Assembly: GCF_004010195.1 (NCBI RefSeq)
Contig: NC_057718.1
Span: 37,858,492 to 37,878,491, forward strand
DNA from: Chiloscyllium plagiosum
Lineage: Eukaryota
Direction of reading: 5' to 3'
DNA: 20,000 bases
This document shows, piece after piece, positions 10,006 through 20,000 of the stretch. The notes beneath the pieces were generated by a model, which worked only from the letters and a program-made list of their open reading frames with translations, had not been told where the DNA came from and did no database searches. Positions within the stretch are counted from its first letter, which is position 1, and every line of letters begins with the position of its first letter. Both the position numbers and the translations under genes were made by a program.

Positions 10006-10444
10006 AGCTCTTTCTCAGCTTTCGGATCACCTTACTCAGACTTTGTTCAAGTGTGAAGCATTTGTTACAGACTTCTCTACATTTATTCCACATGCAAGTA
10101 ACAGCACTTTTTACCTGCTCTATTTTGTTGTTAATACCTAATTAATATAAAATAGCATATACGCTAACTCAACATGACTGATGAGATATGGTGCAGAAAA
10201 GGTAACTGGAATTATTTATCAAACTAATTGACAAATGAAAAGCTGATGCTGTCAGTTCTTCATAATGTCATCAATGTAGAAAATAGGCTTGTGTCAGATA
10301 TCGAAGGCAATATTCTGGAATAAAGTAGTTAAAAAGCAGTGAGATTCTATATTGGAAAACTGCAGGGTCTTTCAGGTTAGGCAAGCCAGCTGAGTCAGTT
10401 TGTCATGGGACAAGAATCTGTGCCATAGGCATGTAAGAGATCCT

Positions 10445-10527
10445 GAGTCAAGAGTGTGGCACTGGAGAAGCACAGCAGGTCAGGCTTGCTTCTGAGCAGC
10501 AGGAAAACCGATGTTTCAGGCAAAAGC
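10445..10527 (-). mobile_element. Decayed PLE terminal fragment at the duplication breakpoint
   Basis: GAGTCAAGAGTGTGGCACTGGAGAAGCACAGCAGGTCAGG...CGATGTTTCAGGCAAAAGCC. Same family, truncated in hammerhead stem II. Confidence 0.8.
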
Positions 10528-11016
10528 CACATGTACGTAAATATAGTATTGTATGTGTGAGAGGGGTTTTTTTTGGATAGAGTCAAACTCCAATCTTTTG
10601 TTTGTTTCCTTGATATGATACTGTACAGAGCAGAACTGCATTTATAAGATGTATATTACACAGAGTTTTTAAGAATAAAGTATAGTTTTGTAATTAAAAA
10701 AAGGCAAATCAGTTCAAGATCAAATAGGATGGAGTGGCTGCCACAGTGGCTGGCTGTTTCAATCTCAATATACATATGACCATAAATTCTTGTGAGCAAC
10801 GGGACATTTTGATAAAGTGGCTAAGAAGGCATATGGGCTACTTGCCTTTATTAGCTAAAGCACTGAATACAAAAGCAGAGAAGTTTTGATGGCACTGTAT
10901 GTCAGGTAGGAATTGGCTTGAGTACTGTGGCAACCACAACTGTACATATTACAGGCAGGAATTGACTGCAATAGAGAGGGTGCAGATGAAATTCACCAGG
11001 ATGTTGCCTTGTCAGA
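10528..11016 (+). repeat. Right arm of ~480-bp inverted duplication (partner 8586-9064)
   Basis: For example, GGCATATGGGCTACTTGCCTTTATTAG here versus CTAATAAAGGCAAGTAGCCCATATGCC at ~8743-8769. Confidence 0.92.
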
Positions 11017-11430
11017 GGTGTTTCTGCAATGCAGAGAAACTCTCTGGTCTACAGTTGTTTTCCTTAGAACAGAGCAGGCTGAGGGGGAAACCTGACTGAC
11101 GTAAAAAGTTATAAAGGGGTATAGAAAGGAAGAAAAACTTTCCTGAGTACAGAGATCAATAATCAAAGGGATAGATTTAATGTAAATGACAGGAGATTTA
11201 GATAGGAATTATGAAATCCTTTTTCACCCATAGGATGCTGGGTATCTGGAACTCACCTTCTGAAAGGCTGGGAGAAGCAAGAACCATCACTGCATTTAAG
11301 TAGTATTTAGATAATCATTTGAGGCATCATAGGCACAAGCCAAAAGCTGGAAACTGACTAGATGGTGGTTGATGACCAGCATTAACACAATGAGTCTCCT
11401 TTCATGTTGTTAAACTGTAAAACTCTATGA
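10705..11430 (+). mobile_element. Old CR1 3' remnant
   Basis: Reads IERVQMKFTRMLP...LFSLEQSRLRG, then a decayed 3' UTR ending ...CTGTAAAACTCTATGA. Confidence 0.8.
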
Positions 11431-11995
11431 TGGGTGGGGTTAATACCTAGAGTTTGATGGTTGTGAACTTTACAATATTTAAATGGAAGGACCTCCTGCT
11501 TGTCCAATACTGGATGTTGAACAAGCAGCATGACAAAAGTAGATTGATCTGGGAAACCGGTGGTGAGTTAGAGATGGATGATATCAACATTCATTTTAAC
11601 TTGTAATTCCAACATTTGTGGCTTTGGATGTAAATTAACTGGCTGTTTGGAAAGAGAAATAGCAATGGAACTTAAGGCCTTGTAGTGTCAAAGAAACTAC
11701 AAAAACAGACTGGACTGTGATCTGTGACTACAAAGGTAACAAAGGGCTGACAATCCCTGGCCCAAAGAGCAGACACAATCACAGCAGTTAAAAAGCCAGT
11801 TTTGACAACACTGTGAAGGGCACTAGTGGGACTGTATATTTTGGTGTGTACCAGCTTGGTTTTGAATGCACACATGCTGTGAAGGTTACAGTTAAAGAAC
11901 TATTCCCAGGTTATCCTTACACTGCAGGTACAGAATTTCCCACAGAGTGCTACAGGAGATAAAAAAAGGAAATAGGACAATAAAAAGACACTCAC

Positions 11996-12055
11996 CCTGA
12001 ATGCTAGAATTCAAGGATAGTTGAAAAGAAATAAAAATACAGAATCTCAAATAAT
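11996..12055 (-). other. Candidate 60-bp spliced exon (probably 5' UTR/non-coding)
   Basis: Minus strand has acceptor ttgatttcacattccttttgcag|ATT and donor CAGG|gtgagt. Lies in non-repetitive sequence, same orientation as the 17053-16932 exon. Confidence 0.45.
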
Positions 12056-12126
12056 CTGCAAAAGGAATGTGAAATCAATTGTTCAACGAACAATAATGTC
12101 TATTGTAAGACACATTTTACTATATG

Positions 12127-12539
12127 GCAAAGTGAGGTCTGCAGATGCTGGAGATCAGAGCTGAAAATGTGTTGCTGGAAAAGCGCAGCAGGTCAGGCAG
12201 CATCCAGGGAACAGGAGAATCGACGTTTCGGGCATAAGCCCTTCTTCAGGAATGAGGAAAGTTTGTCCAGCAGGCTAAGATAAAAGGTAGGGAAGAGGTA
12301 CTTGGGGGAGGGGCGTTGGAAATGTGATAGGTGGAAAGAGGTAAAGGTGAGGTCCAAAGACCTGCATATCCTTGGTGGAGTGGGAGGGGGAGTTGAAATG
12401 TTGAGCCACAGGGTGGTTGGGTTGCCTGCTGGACAAACTTTCCTCATTCCTGAAGAAGGGCTTATGCCCGAAACGTCGATTCTCCTGTTCCCTGGATGCT
12501 GCCTGACCTGCTGCGCTTTTCCAGCAACACATTTTCAGC
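12127..12539. mobile_element. Penelope-derived fold-back element: 116-bp perfect inverted arms, 148-bp spacer with GIY-YIG remnant, TSD
   Basis: Arms 12160-12275 / 12424-12539 are exact reverse complements. The minus strand of the spacer encodes QPNHPVAQHFNSPSHSTKDMQVFG (PLE endonuclease C-terminal block). 16-bp direct repeat with one mismatch: CACATTTTACTATATG 12111-12126 / CACATTTAACTATATG 12539-12554. Confidence 0.92.
12445..12482 (+). ncRNA. Minimal hammerhead motif (mirror copy on minus strand at 12217-12254)
   Basis: CATTC-CTGAAGA-A-GGGC-TTAT-GCCC-GAAA-CGTC-GATTC. Core and stem II intact; stem I weak. Confidence 0.65.
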
Positions 12540-13070
12540 ACATTTAACTATATGTTCTTCGCTAATAATTCAGAGACTAATGCATTTTTAAAAACTTTTA
12601 TCTTTTTTTAATTCATCTCATTTCTAATGTGTGTTGCATTGCTGTTTTTTTCTTGCATATCTTACAAATTTATTTTAATTCAAGGGAACCTAAATGAATT
12701 GGCTGCTTTTAAAACACAAGTTCATGTCTGGGAGAAGGGTATCCATAATTGACCCTTTTTAACCAAGGCAATGGTGAATAAAGATAGGGATGCAGGTCAT
12801 CCCTCATCTGGGAACTGAACAACTTGGGGTATTCTATCCAGAATTGTAATAAATGAAGGAATCTCGTGTGGGTTCTAGACATAACAAGTTTCAGATAACA
12901 TAATTGAAGAACTGCGTGTAAATGACAAACAGGATATGCCAAGAAAGATCTGTGGGGGAGCGCCTGGCAACCACGAGAGAGAAGCCATTATTGGAGTGTT
13001 TCTGGCTACATCTGGACAAATAAAAATGGAAGCAAAGATGGGCAGTCTAACCCACCTGGACACTGTAGAA

Positions 13071-13980
13071 AGAGTCACAGAATCATAGAGATGGACACGC
13101 GATCCTTCGGTCCAACTCATCCATGCCGACCAGATATCCTAAATTAATCCAGTCCCATTTGCCAGCACTTGGCCCATATCTGTCTTAACCCTTACTATTC
13201 ATACATCCATCCAGGAGCCTTTTAAATGCTGTTATTGTACCAGCCTATACCACGTCCTCTGGCAGCTCACTCCATACAAGCACTACCCTTTGCGTAAAAA
13301 CGTTTTTCCTTAGGTCCCTTTTAAATCCTTCCCCTCTCACCCTAAACCTTTCCCTCTAGTTTCGGACTCCCCCAACCCAGGGAAAAGACCTTGTCTACTT
13401 ACCCCATCTACGTCCCTCATAATTCTATACACCTCTATCAGATCACCCCTCAAGTCTCAGATGCTCCAGGGAAATCAATCCCAGTCTATTCATCCTATAG
13501 CCTCAAATCCTCCAACCCTGGCAACATCCTTGTAGATCTTTTCTAATCCCTTCCAGGTTTCATAACATCCTTCCAATAGGAGGGAGACCAGAAGTGCATG
13601 CAATATTCCAAACATAGTCTAATCAATGTCCTGTTCAGCTGCAACATGACCTCCAAACTCCTATACTCAATGGTCTGACCAAGGAAAGCATACTAAATGC
13701 CTTCTTCACTATCCTAAGTGCCTGAGACTCAATTTTCAAGGAATTATGAACCTGCACTTCAGAGTCTGTGTTCAACAACACTCACCAGGACCTTACTATT
13801 AAATGTATAAGACCTGCCCTGATTTGCCCTTCCAAAATACAGCATTTTTATCTAAATTCAACTTCATCTGCCACTCAGGTTCCCATTGTACTTTGAGATA
13901 GCCTTCTTTGCTGTCCACTACATCTCCAATCTTACTAACTAAACCTCCTACGGTCACATCCAAATCATTTATATGACAAA
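13071..13980 (-). mobile_element. CR1 LINE 3' remnant
   Basis: Reverse CR1 tail AGAGTCACAGAATCATAGAGATG...CCTTCGGTCCAACTCATCCATGCCGACC. ORF 13799-13987 reads INDLDVTVGGLVSK. Contains internal deletions. Confidence 0.9.
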
Positions 13981-13986
13981 AAATCA

Positions 13987-14116
13987 TAGATGGGGTAAGT
14001 AGACAAGGTCTTTTCCCTGGGTTGGGGGAGTCCGAAACTAGAGGGAAAGGTTTAGGGTGAGAGGGGAAGGATTTAAAAGGGACCTAAGGAAAAACGTTTT
14101 TACGCAAAGGGTAGTG
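13987..14116 (+). repeat. 130-bp perfect inverted copy of 13281-13410
   Basis: Base-by-base reverse complement of 13281-13410 with no mismatch found. Confidence 0.95.
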
Positions 14117-16931
14117 ATTGTAAGATCAACTGTGTCACAGGCTCCAGAAGGCTCGAGGTGTGTGTGCCACTACCACTGATGTCTTTGATAAAGGTTAATT
14201 GTGCTGTGACATGTGTACAAGCCAGAATGAAGTTCAAATGTGAGTGTGAAATTAAGAACATTTGGAACATGACATGTTCAAGGAACTGACAGTCAATTCA
14301 TACCTCTTCCATAAGTTCATTGTCAAACCTGCCACTTGCAGAATCAAATTTGTATCCCCACTTGCTCAAGTGTTAACCTATATCTTTTATAAATGACAAT
14401 TTATGTTTGTACTTTTTACGTCACTTTTGAAAACACTAGGTTCAAAATAATAAACTCCTACCTCTAATGTGTGATCAGTGATTTTGAAAAAATATTCTTT
14501 AATGCCAGAATTGCATATTCAAATCCATTAATTCTGAAAATGGGCCCATTTGGCAAAATGTACTGTGTTCTCCAGTCTTATTTAGATTCTTAGCATTAAC
14601 CATAATTCCTTCAAGTGAAGGATGTCACAATTTTACTTGAAAGATGACCATCTTTACAGCACAAGCTACCAACGTGGAATCAAAGGCCAGTTGTTTCAAG
14701 CTCCAGATTTTGCATTAACACAAATGTAGTGAAATCAATTTTTGTATATGCTGCAAAACCGGGAATTTTTTTTTACAGGATCGATGACCTATTCCATAAG
14801 ATGCTAAGTAGCCTTACTAATGTCCACATCTCTGGGACACGTAGAAGCTTTGAAAAAAGCTAAACTGTTTTTGTCTTAGCTTGTAATGCAGGTTAATAAC
14901 ATTTTTTGAAGCCCTTGAAATTTCCAGTGTCGGTCCTTGAGCAATATTAAAACTACAATCTTTAAAGGGCCACACTGCATTCAGTTAACAGAACGTTTAC
15001 AAATGCCGTTCAACGAAAGCACGCAAACATTTACATTTTTATTACGTCAACACTTGTACAGTACATATCATAATCAAAAATTAAATGTTAGAAAAATATT
15101 TTATATTAGGCCGCATTGGAAACATGAACGTTTGCCCAACTGAAATGTCCGATGGGTTCAAACAGCTATAATGGCGATGCTACAAATTTAAACTGCGCAA
15201 TCAATGTTGGCACAGAGCCAGCGTGGTCATTTCCCGGAGTGAAATTATGAACAACAGCGTTTGCTATTCGAAAACCGAACTGTTTATTGCCAACATAATC
15301 AATAGAATTAAGTATTTTTAAACCGTTTTTAAGGGCGTGCAAAAGATTCTGGGGCCTGCAAACTAAAAGGCAAAAACTAGCTGTCCAACGAGGAAAACTA
15401 TCCAAAATACGGTTTGAAATGATAAAAATGAGGGCTATTCACTATTTCAGCTTATCTTTAAAAAAAGGTCGAGACCAAATTTGAACAAAACCTTCGAAAT
15501 CCCGCCCACAGATGCAACACTTTTGGATTTTTTTCTGAACAAATAGAAAAATAGGGTCGTGTAATTTTTTTTGTCAACTTTAGATGGGCACCGAATAAAG
15601 GAAGGAAAGAAAATATTTTGTTTTTTTTCCAAAGAGTGAGCATTTCCAGCGATATATTTACACGAAAATATATGGAGATGAAAGCCACGAAACTGAAGGA
15701 TAATCGACACCAAAATAATAACCGACGGTGGGACACTGAAATACGCCGATTATTAGTCGATTGTTTTATTTTAAAATATCTGGAATAACAGTCCAACCAG
15801 TAAACAACAATGTATTTTAAGGTTTAAATGAGGATGGGGAGGAATAATTAACATCGCAATAGTTTATTTAAAAAAAAACAACCGTCCATTCCTTAAACAA
15901 GAGTTTTAGCAAAAAAAGCAGATGAAAATGAGTCAGAGACCATCAGAAGGGAAGAGAGAAAATAAAAGTCTGAAAATAAAACCAAAGATCGACCTCCAAT
16001 CCCGCCCATCGCCATGAACGGGAGGAGCGGAGCAAACGGCTTCTTAGTTTTTTTCCTCTTCAGCGTCGAGTTTAAGGTTTATTTTGTTTTAAGCCGCCGA
16101 GGGACAGCATCTGTTCGGTAACGCTAGTAATCCGCAGATTTGTGTGTCTTTTTTTAAACATCTGTAACGGAGCGCTTAGAAACAAACAAAGGCGGCGCCG
16201 ACTGTCGAGCTTCATCCATCTTTGCTCGAGTTTTTTTTTGTTCTCTCCGGTCTCTTGCCGTCTTTGAGGCGACGAAGGTGGAGAGAAGGGAGGGGGAGAG
16301 AAAAGAAAAACATCTACTGGGAGAATCTAGAATCGCCGTTTTGAAAAATAACCCCGTGAGGTCAATTTACCAAATGATGATACTAACAGCCGCCCGTGAT
16401 TCCAGACAAAACCGCTTAGAAAGCAGGAAAAAAAAGAGGGAGGGATCTCGGACGATTATTTCTCTCCCTCGCTCTGATCTATTTTTTGTTTTTTCTTGGG
16501 TTCTTAAAAAAAGACTGGTCGTGATCACGGGGGCGGAAAGAAAAAAAATATTTTCGAACGGCTTTCTCTGTACAATGACTCATTTAGTTTGGGGACAGGA
16601 TGGAGATGAAAGGGAAAGGGGTGGGGTGAGGGGTTTAGGAGAGAACGAAAACAGGAGGGGGGGGGGTTTAAGAGTATATTTTGTATAAAGAAGTGGGCCA
16701 CTTGAATAGCTTTTTTTTCTTTTGGTGCTGTTATCGTTGTTGGGTGATTATTATATTTTCCCCTCGGCTTGCTGCTGCAGTTCCTAAAGATGGGGAGGTG
16801 GTTTTTTTTCCAAAAATATATTTTCCCTTAGACCCTTTTTTTTCTTGCTTCCCCCCCCCCCCTCCCCGAAGGAGTTGTTTTTTTTCCTTGAAAATTTTAT
16901 CACAAAATTATAATACACTGAAGGAACTCAC

Positions 16932-17053
16932 CGTCATGAAGCGTGCCTTGTCAACGGGGTTTCCTCGCCATCAAATCAGGGGCGAGATGACCAAGAACAA
17001 AAAAAATCCAACTCCACACACATTGAAAAGTAAGAGCTGTTCAGGGCATTTTC
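16932..17053 (-). other. Candidate 122-bp non-coding (5' UTR) exon of an unidentified gene
   Basis: Minus strand has acceptor tttttttttccttacag|GAA and donor ATGACG|gtgagt. All three frames contain stops. Located inside the CpG island. Confidence 0.7.
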
Positions 17054-17774
17054 CTGTAAGGAAAAAAAAACACGTTTTATAAATGTAGAAAACATTACAC
17101 GTCTGTCTTTATTATTTTTTTAAATCGCCTTTCTTTTAAAAAAAAACAAACCACTTTGCTTTGTGTGAACATATGTTTGTTTCATGTGCCTTTTTTTTCC
17201 TCTTGGGGTGGGGGGGCGAAAGTGGGGAATGGGAAATGTTTGAAAACTTATTTTTAGGCAAGTGCGAGGATCGTTATTCTGTTCCCTTTGAATGTTTTAC
17301 TTCCCAATTTTTTTTTCTTGATTTCGTCGAATAACATTTCCATTGCGGGAATATTTATTTTCAAAAGGGGGAGGAAAAAAAACTCGGTTTCCTTGTAAGT
17401 TTCCCCCTCACCCCTCCATATCCCCAACTCTCCAAAGCAATAAGAAAAAAAAATGATCCTAATAAATTGTGTTTTATTGTCGAAATTGGACTGAAATTTT
17501 GTTCTTGCTGGGGCCCAGGATCACATGACATCATCGGTTTGGAAGGGCAAATATCTTGCGATTGTCAAGGATTTTGGAAGCCGGGGTTATTACTTGTATG
17601 TGATGGAGATATATTTCTTTTATTGTGTTTTCCTTCAAAAGTAGAAGCGAAATGTTCTGGAATTGGTAAGGAAAATGAACCGAGATATTTCAGCAAAGCC
17701 AACCCCCTCCTCGCTGCACGAAGCGCTGCGCATGGGCCGGGGTCCTTGCCCTGAACAAACAAACGTGCGCCTTG

Positions 17775-17845
17775 CAACCGCCCACCGCAGCCCATTGGCC
17801 AGCGATGGAGACCCCACCCAATCCCCGAGCTGCGCCCATTGGTCA
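17775..17845 (-). promoter_or_regulatory. CCAAT-box (NF-Y-like) and GC-box cluster, probable core promoter
   Basis: ATTGG at 17794-17798 and 17838-17842 (minus strand GGCCAATGGG, GACCAATGGG), CCAAT at 17818-17822, CCGCCC at 17778-17783, in a GC-rich patch upstream of the minus-strand exon. Confidence 0.6.
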
Positions 17846-19372
17846 CTGCTCAGTCCCCTGTCGCGGGGATGGGAGGGACAGAAGCAGCTGATGTGAGTCA
17901 GTCCTACTGTGCTTAATTTACCCCAGTCTGATTTCTTTACATTTCACACATTGAATAACAATTTTTAAAAAACAAAATATCTTTTTTTGGGGAAAAAGAA
18001 AAGTTAAGAGATCTGTGGTAACGATCTTTTTTTCATTTCCATGCTTACACCACAGGGATGTCTGAGTAGGGTTTTGCAAATTTGGTGTGAACTTTTCATT
18101 GTAGAACATTGGAAATGCTGGACTCTTCTCTGGATCGAATATCCCAGCGGGGGAGTGTGGAAACATTTTGTTCTCTCTAACTCCTTTTGAGTATTTACAA
18201 AACAAAACTTCTGTTGGGATAGTTTGATTGCGTGGTATGGCCAATGCTGTAACTTAAACTGTACAAAAAACACTAATTCAACAGCGCTATTTTATTTTGT
18301 TCAAGCATCGGGAAAAAAACAACTTTTGCAACAGTCTGTGAGTGAAATTTCATTTTATGTTGAAAGAATTTTTGATAAATCAGGAATAAAGTGTTTAGCT
18401 TTAGCGACCTGAGTGGAAATATCTGTATGTTACAGAAGTTGATTATGCATTTAATTGTAAGAATCTTTTTAAAGCATCTCTGCCCAGCGAAATATAGTTA
18501 AATGTAATGATTACTTTGCATGGTTCTAAGCTCTGTCAATAATTAGTCAATTTCCTTAGTTCTATCTATATGCGAATACCTGTGTATGAAATAACCACGT
18601 ATTAGGAACGAAGAGGACAGGTATTCATTCTGTTGCATATGTTTGCTGGTTCTAAACGTACATGTATTTGTTTTAATGCATGTAAACATCAGATATTAAG
18701 GTAATTTATGTTCTGCTATTTCACAATTTGTTCCATATAGAAAACACGAAAGTGTTACGATGGCGTAGTCTTTTTCACTCTGTGTTTTATACAATCTATC
18801 CCTGCCCGCACAGGAACCTCTTGAAGAAAAACATACTTGCACGATTTCCGGGACAGCACAGAAAGTACAATAGCCTTTGTTTAGAATATGGGTTCTATAA
18901 GTTGCAAAGTTTGACTTTTAATTAAGGATTACCTTGGTCAATTACAATTGTAAAAGCGCGATTATTTCCATTGACTGAATCTGACAAATAATTTCACATA
19001 CATTTGTACTAAACTTAATAATTCAGGTAAAATTTGCACCACGATTTATTTAGAAAGTGTTGATCATAGTTTCATGCAATGTAGCGAAACTTGTTTTATT
19101 GAAAAAGTAATTCAAATATTTTGTTTAGTTTAGTCATAATTTAGTTAGAAGTATATTGTAACAACCATTCTAATCTATTCCTGATATCCAAAACCAAAAT
19201 TTGATAAGAATGTGAAAAGGTCAGCCTGCTTTTGACTGCCTCCCTGAAGTTAGCTGCACAATATCGCCACTATTCTATTTCAGTTGTCTACCAAACTATA
19301 ATTAAGAGAGTAAGTATCTGTTGGTATTGTTTGAAAAGGTATAACAAAGAACATCTTTGTTATACCAAAGAA

Positions 19373-20000
19373 CAAAGACACAAGCAATCTCCCTGAGGTA
19401 ACAGTGGCTGAAGGACCTGAACTTAAGGGAATTTATATTTGCCAGGATTTGGTGTTGGAGAGGCTGTTAGGTCTGAAGGTTGATAAGTCTCCGGGGCCTG
19501 ATGGTCTGCATCCCAGGGTACTGAAGGAGGTGGCTCGGGAAATCGTGGATGCGTTGGTGATTATTTTCCAGAGTTCAATAGATTCGGGGTCGGATCCTGA
19601 GGATTGGAGGGTGGCTAATGTTATACCACTTTTTAAGAAAGGTGGGCGAGAGAAAGCAGGTAATTATAGACCAGTTAGTCTGACCTCAGTGGTGAGAAAG
19701 ATGCTGGAGTCTATTATAAAGGATAGTAGTAACAGGATAGGACAGAGTCAGCATGGATTTAGGAAGGGGAAATCATGCTTGACTAATCTTCTTGAATTTT
19801 TTGAGGATGTAACTATGAAGTTGGACGAGGGAAATCAGTAGATGTTGTGTACCTGGACTTTCAGAAAGCTTTTGAAAAAGTCCCACACAGGAGGTTAGTG
19901 AGTAAAATTAGGGCGCATGGTATTGGGGGCAAAGTACTAGATTGGAGTGAAAATTGGTTGGCTAATAGGAAACAAAGGATAGTGATAAACGGCTCCATTT
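19373..20000 (+). mobile_element. Relatively young CR1 LINE ORF2 fragment (5'-truncated, continues beyond the window)
   Basis: ORF 19404-19841 reads KSPGPDGLHPRVLKE, PEDWRVANV, NYRPVSLTSVV, QHGFRKGKSCLTNLLEFFE, then YLDFQKAF after a frameshift. CpGs partly retained. Confidence 0.95.

Larger units (their letters stand above)
14930..17900. promoter_or_regulatory. AT-rich CpG island / promoter-proximal region
   Basis: CpG is visibly frequent here and scarce in the flanking repeats. No recognisable TEs; many poly-A/T tracts; GC boxes (CCCGCCC at ~15501 and ~16001). Boundaries approximate. Confidence 0.75.

Noticed and set aside
11921..11949. 29-bp minus-strand micro-exon (cctgtag|CAC...AGT|gtaagg)
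   Set aside because: Would need a 46-nt intron after the 11996 donor and has a weak donor context; unsupported without RNA data.
12700..13070. Unassigned, moderately GC-rich stretch as an exon or viral/LTR relic
   Set aside because: No recognisable motif, convincing splice-site pair or informative ORF.
16278..17082. ORFs of 136 and 133 aa in the CpG island
   Set aside because: Low-complexity translations of homopolymer tracts with non-ATG starts and no recognisable domain.
17412..17720. First exon of the minus-strand gene ending at GGG|gtgagg (17412/17411)
   Set aside because: Plausible position downstream of the CCAAT cluster, but only a moderate donor with competing alternatives; the TSS cannot be fixed from sequence.
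1..20000. CRISPR array, prokaryotic operon or defence system
   Set aside because: No regularly spaced repeats or gene-dense organisation; the content is typical vertebrate repeat-rich DNA.

Overview
Vertebrate nuclear DNA, very probably a shark or other elasmobranch; this is inferred from an HE1-type SINE and the CR1/Penelope repeat families present. No intact protein-coding gene is visible: the long ORFs are decayed retroelement fragments or chance ORFs. Bases 1-14,120 and 19,370-20,000 are a dense, often nested mosaic of CR1-type LINE remnants, two tRNA-derived SINEs, a probable Tx1/L1-like 3' end, a Gypsy RNase H relic and at least six Penelope-like element (PLE) pieces. Several PLE pieces carry minimal hammerhead-ribozyme motifs. 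Two of them are perfect fold-back structures with target-site duplications: a 187-bp palindrome at 8202-8388, and 116-bp arms at 12160-12539. There are also two local inverted duplications (about 480 bp, diverged; 130 bp, perfect). Bases ~14,120-19,370 lack recognisable TEs. They contain an AT-rich CpG island with a CCAAT-box cluster and a well-defined, uORF-packed non-coding exon on the minus strand (17053-16932). A second candidate 60-bp exon lies at 12055-11996. Together these suggest the 5' end of an unidentified minus-strand gene whose introns hold the repeats.
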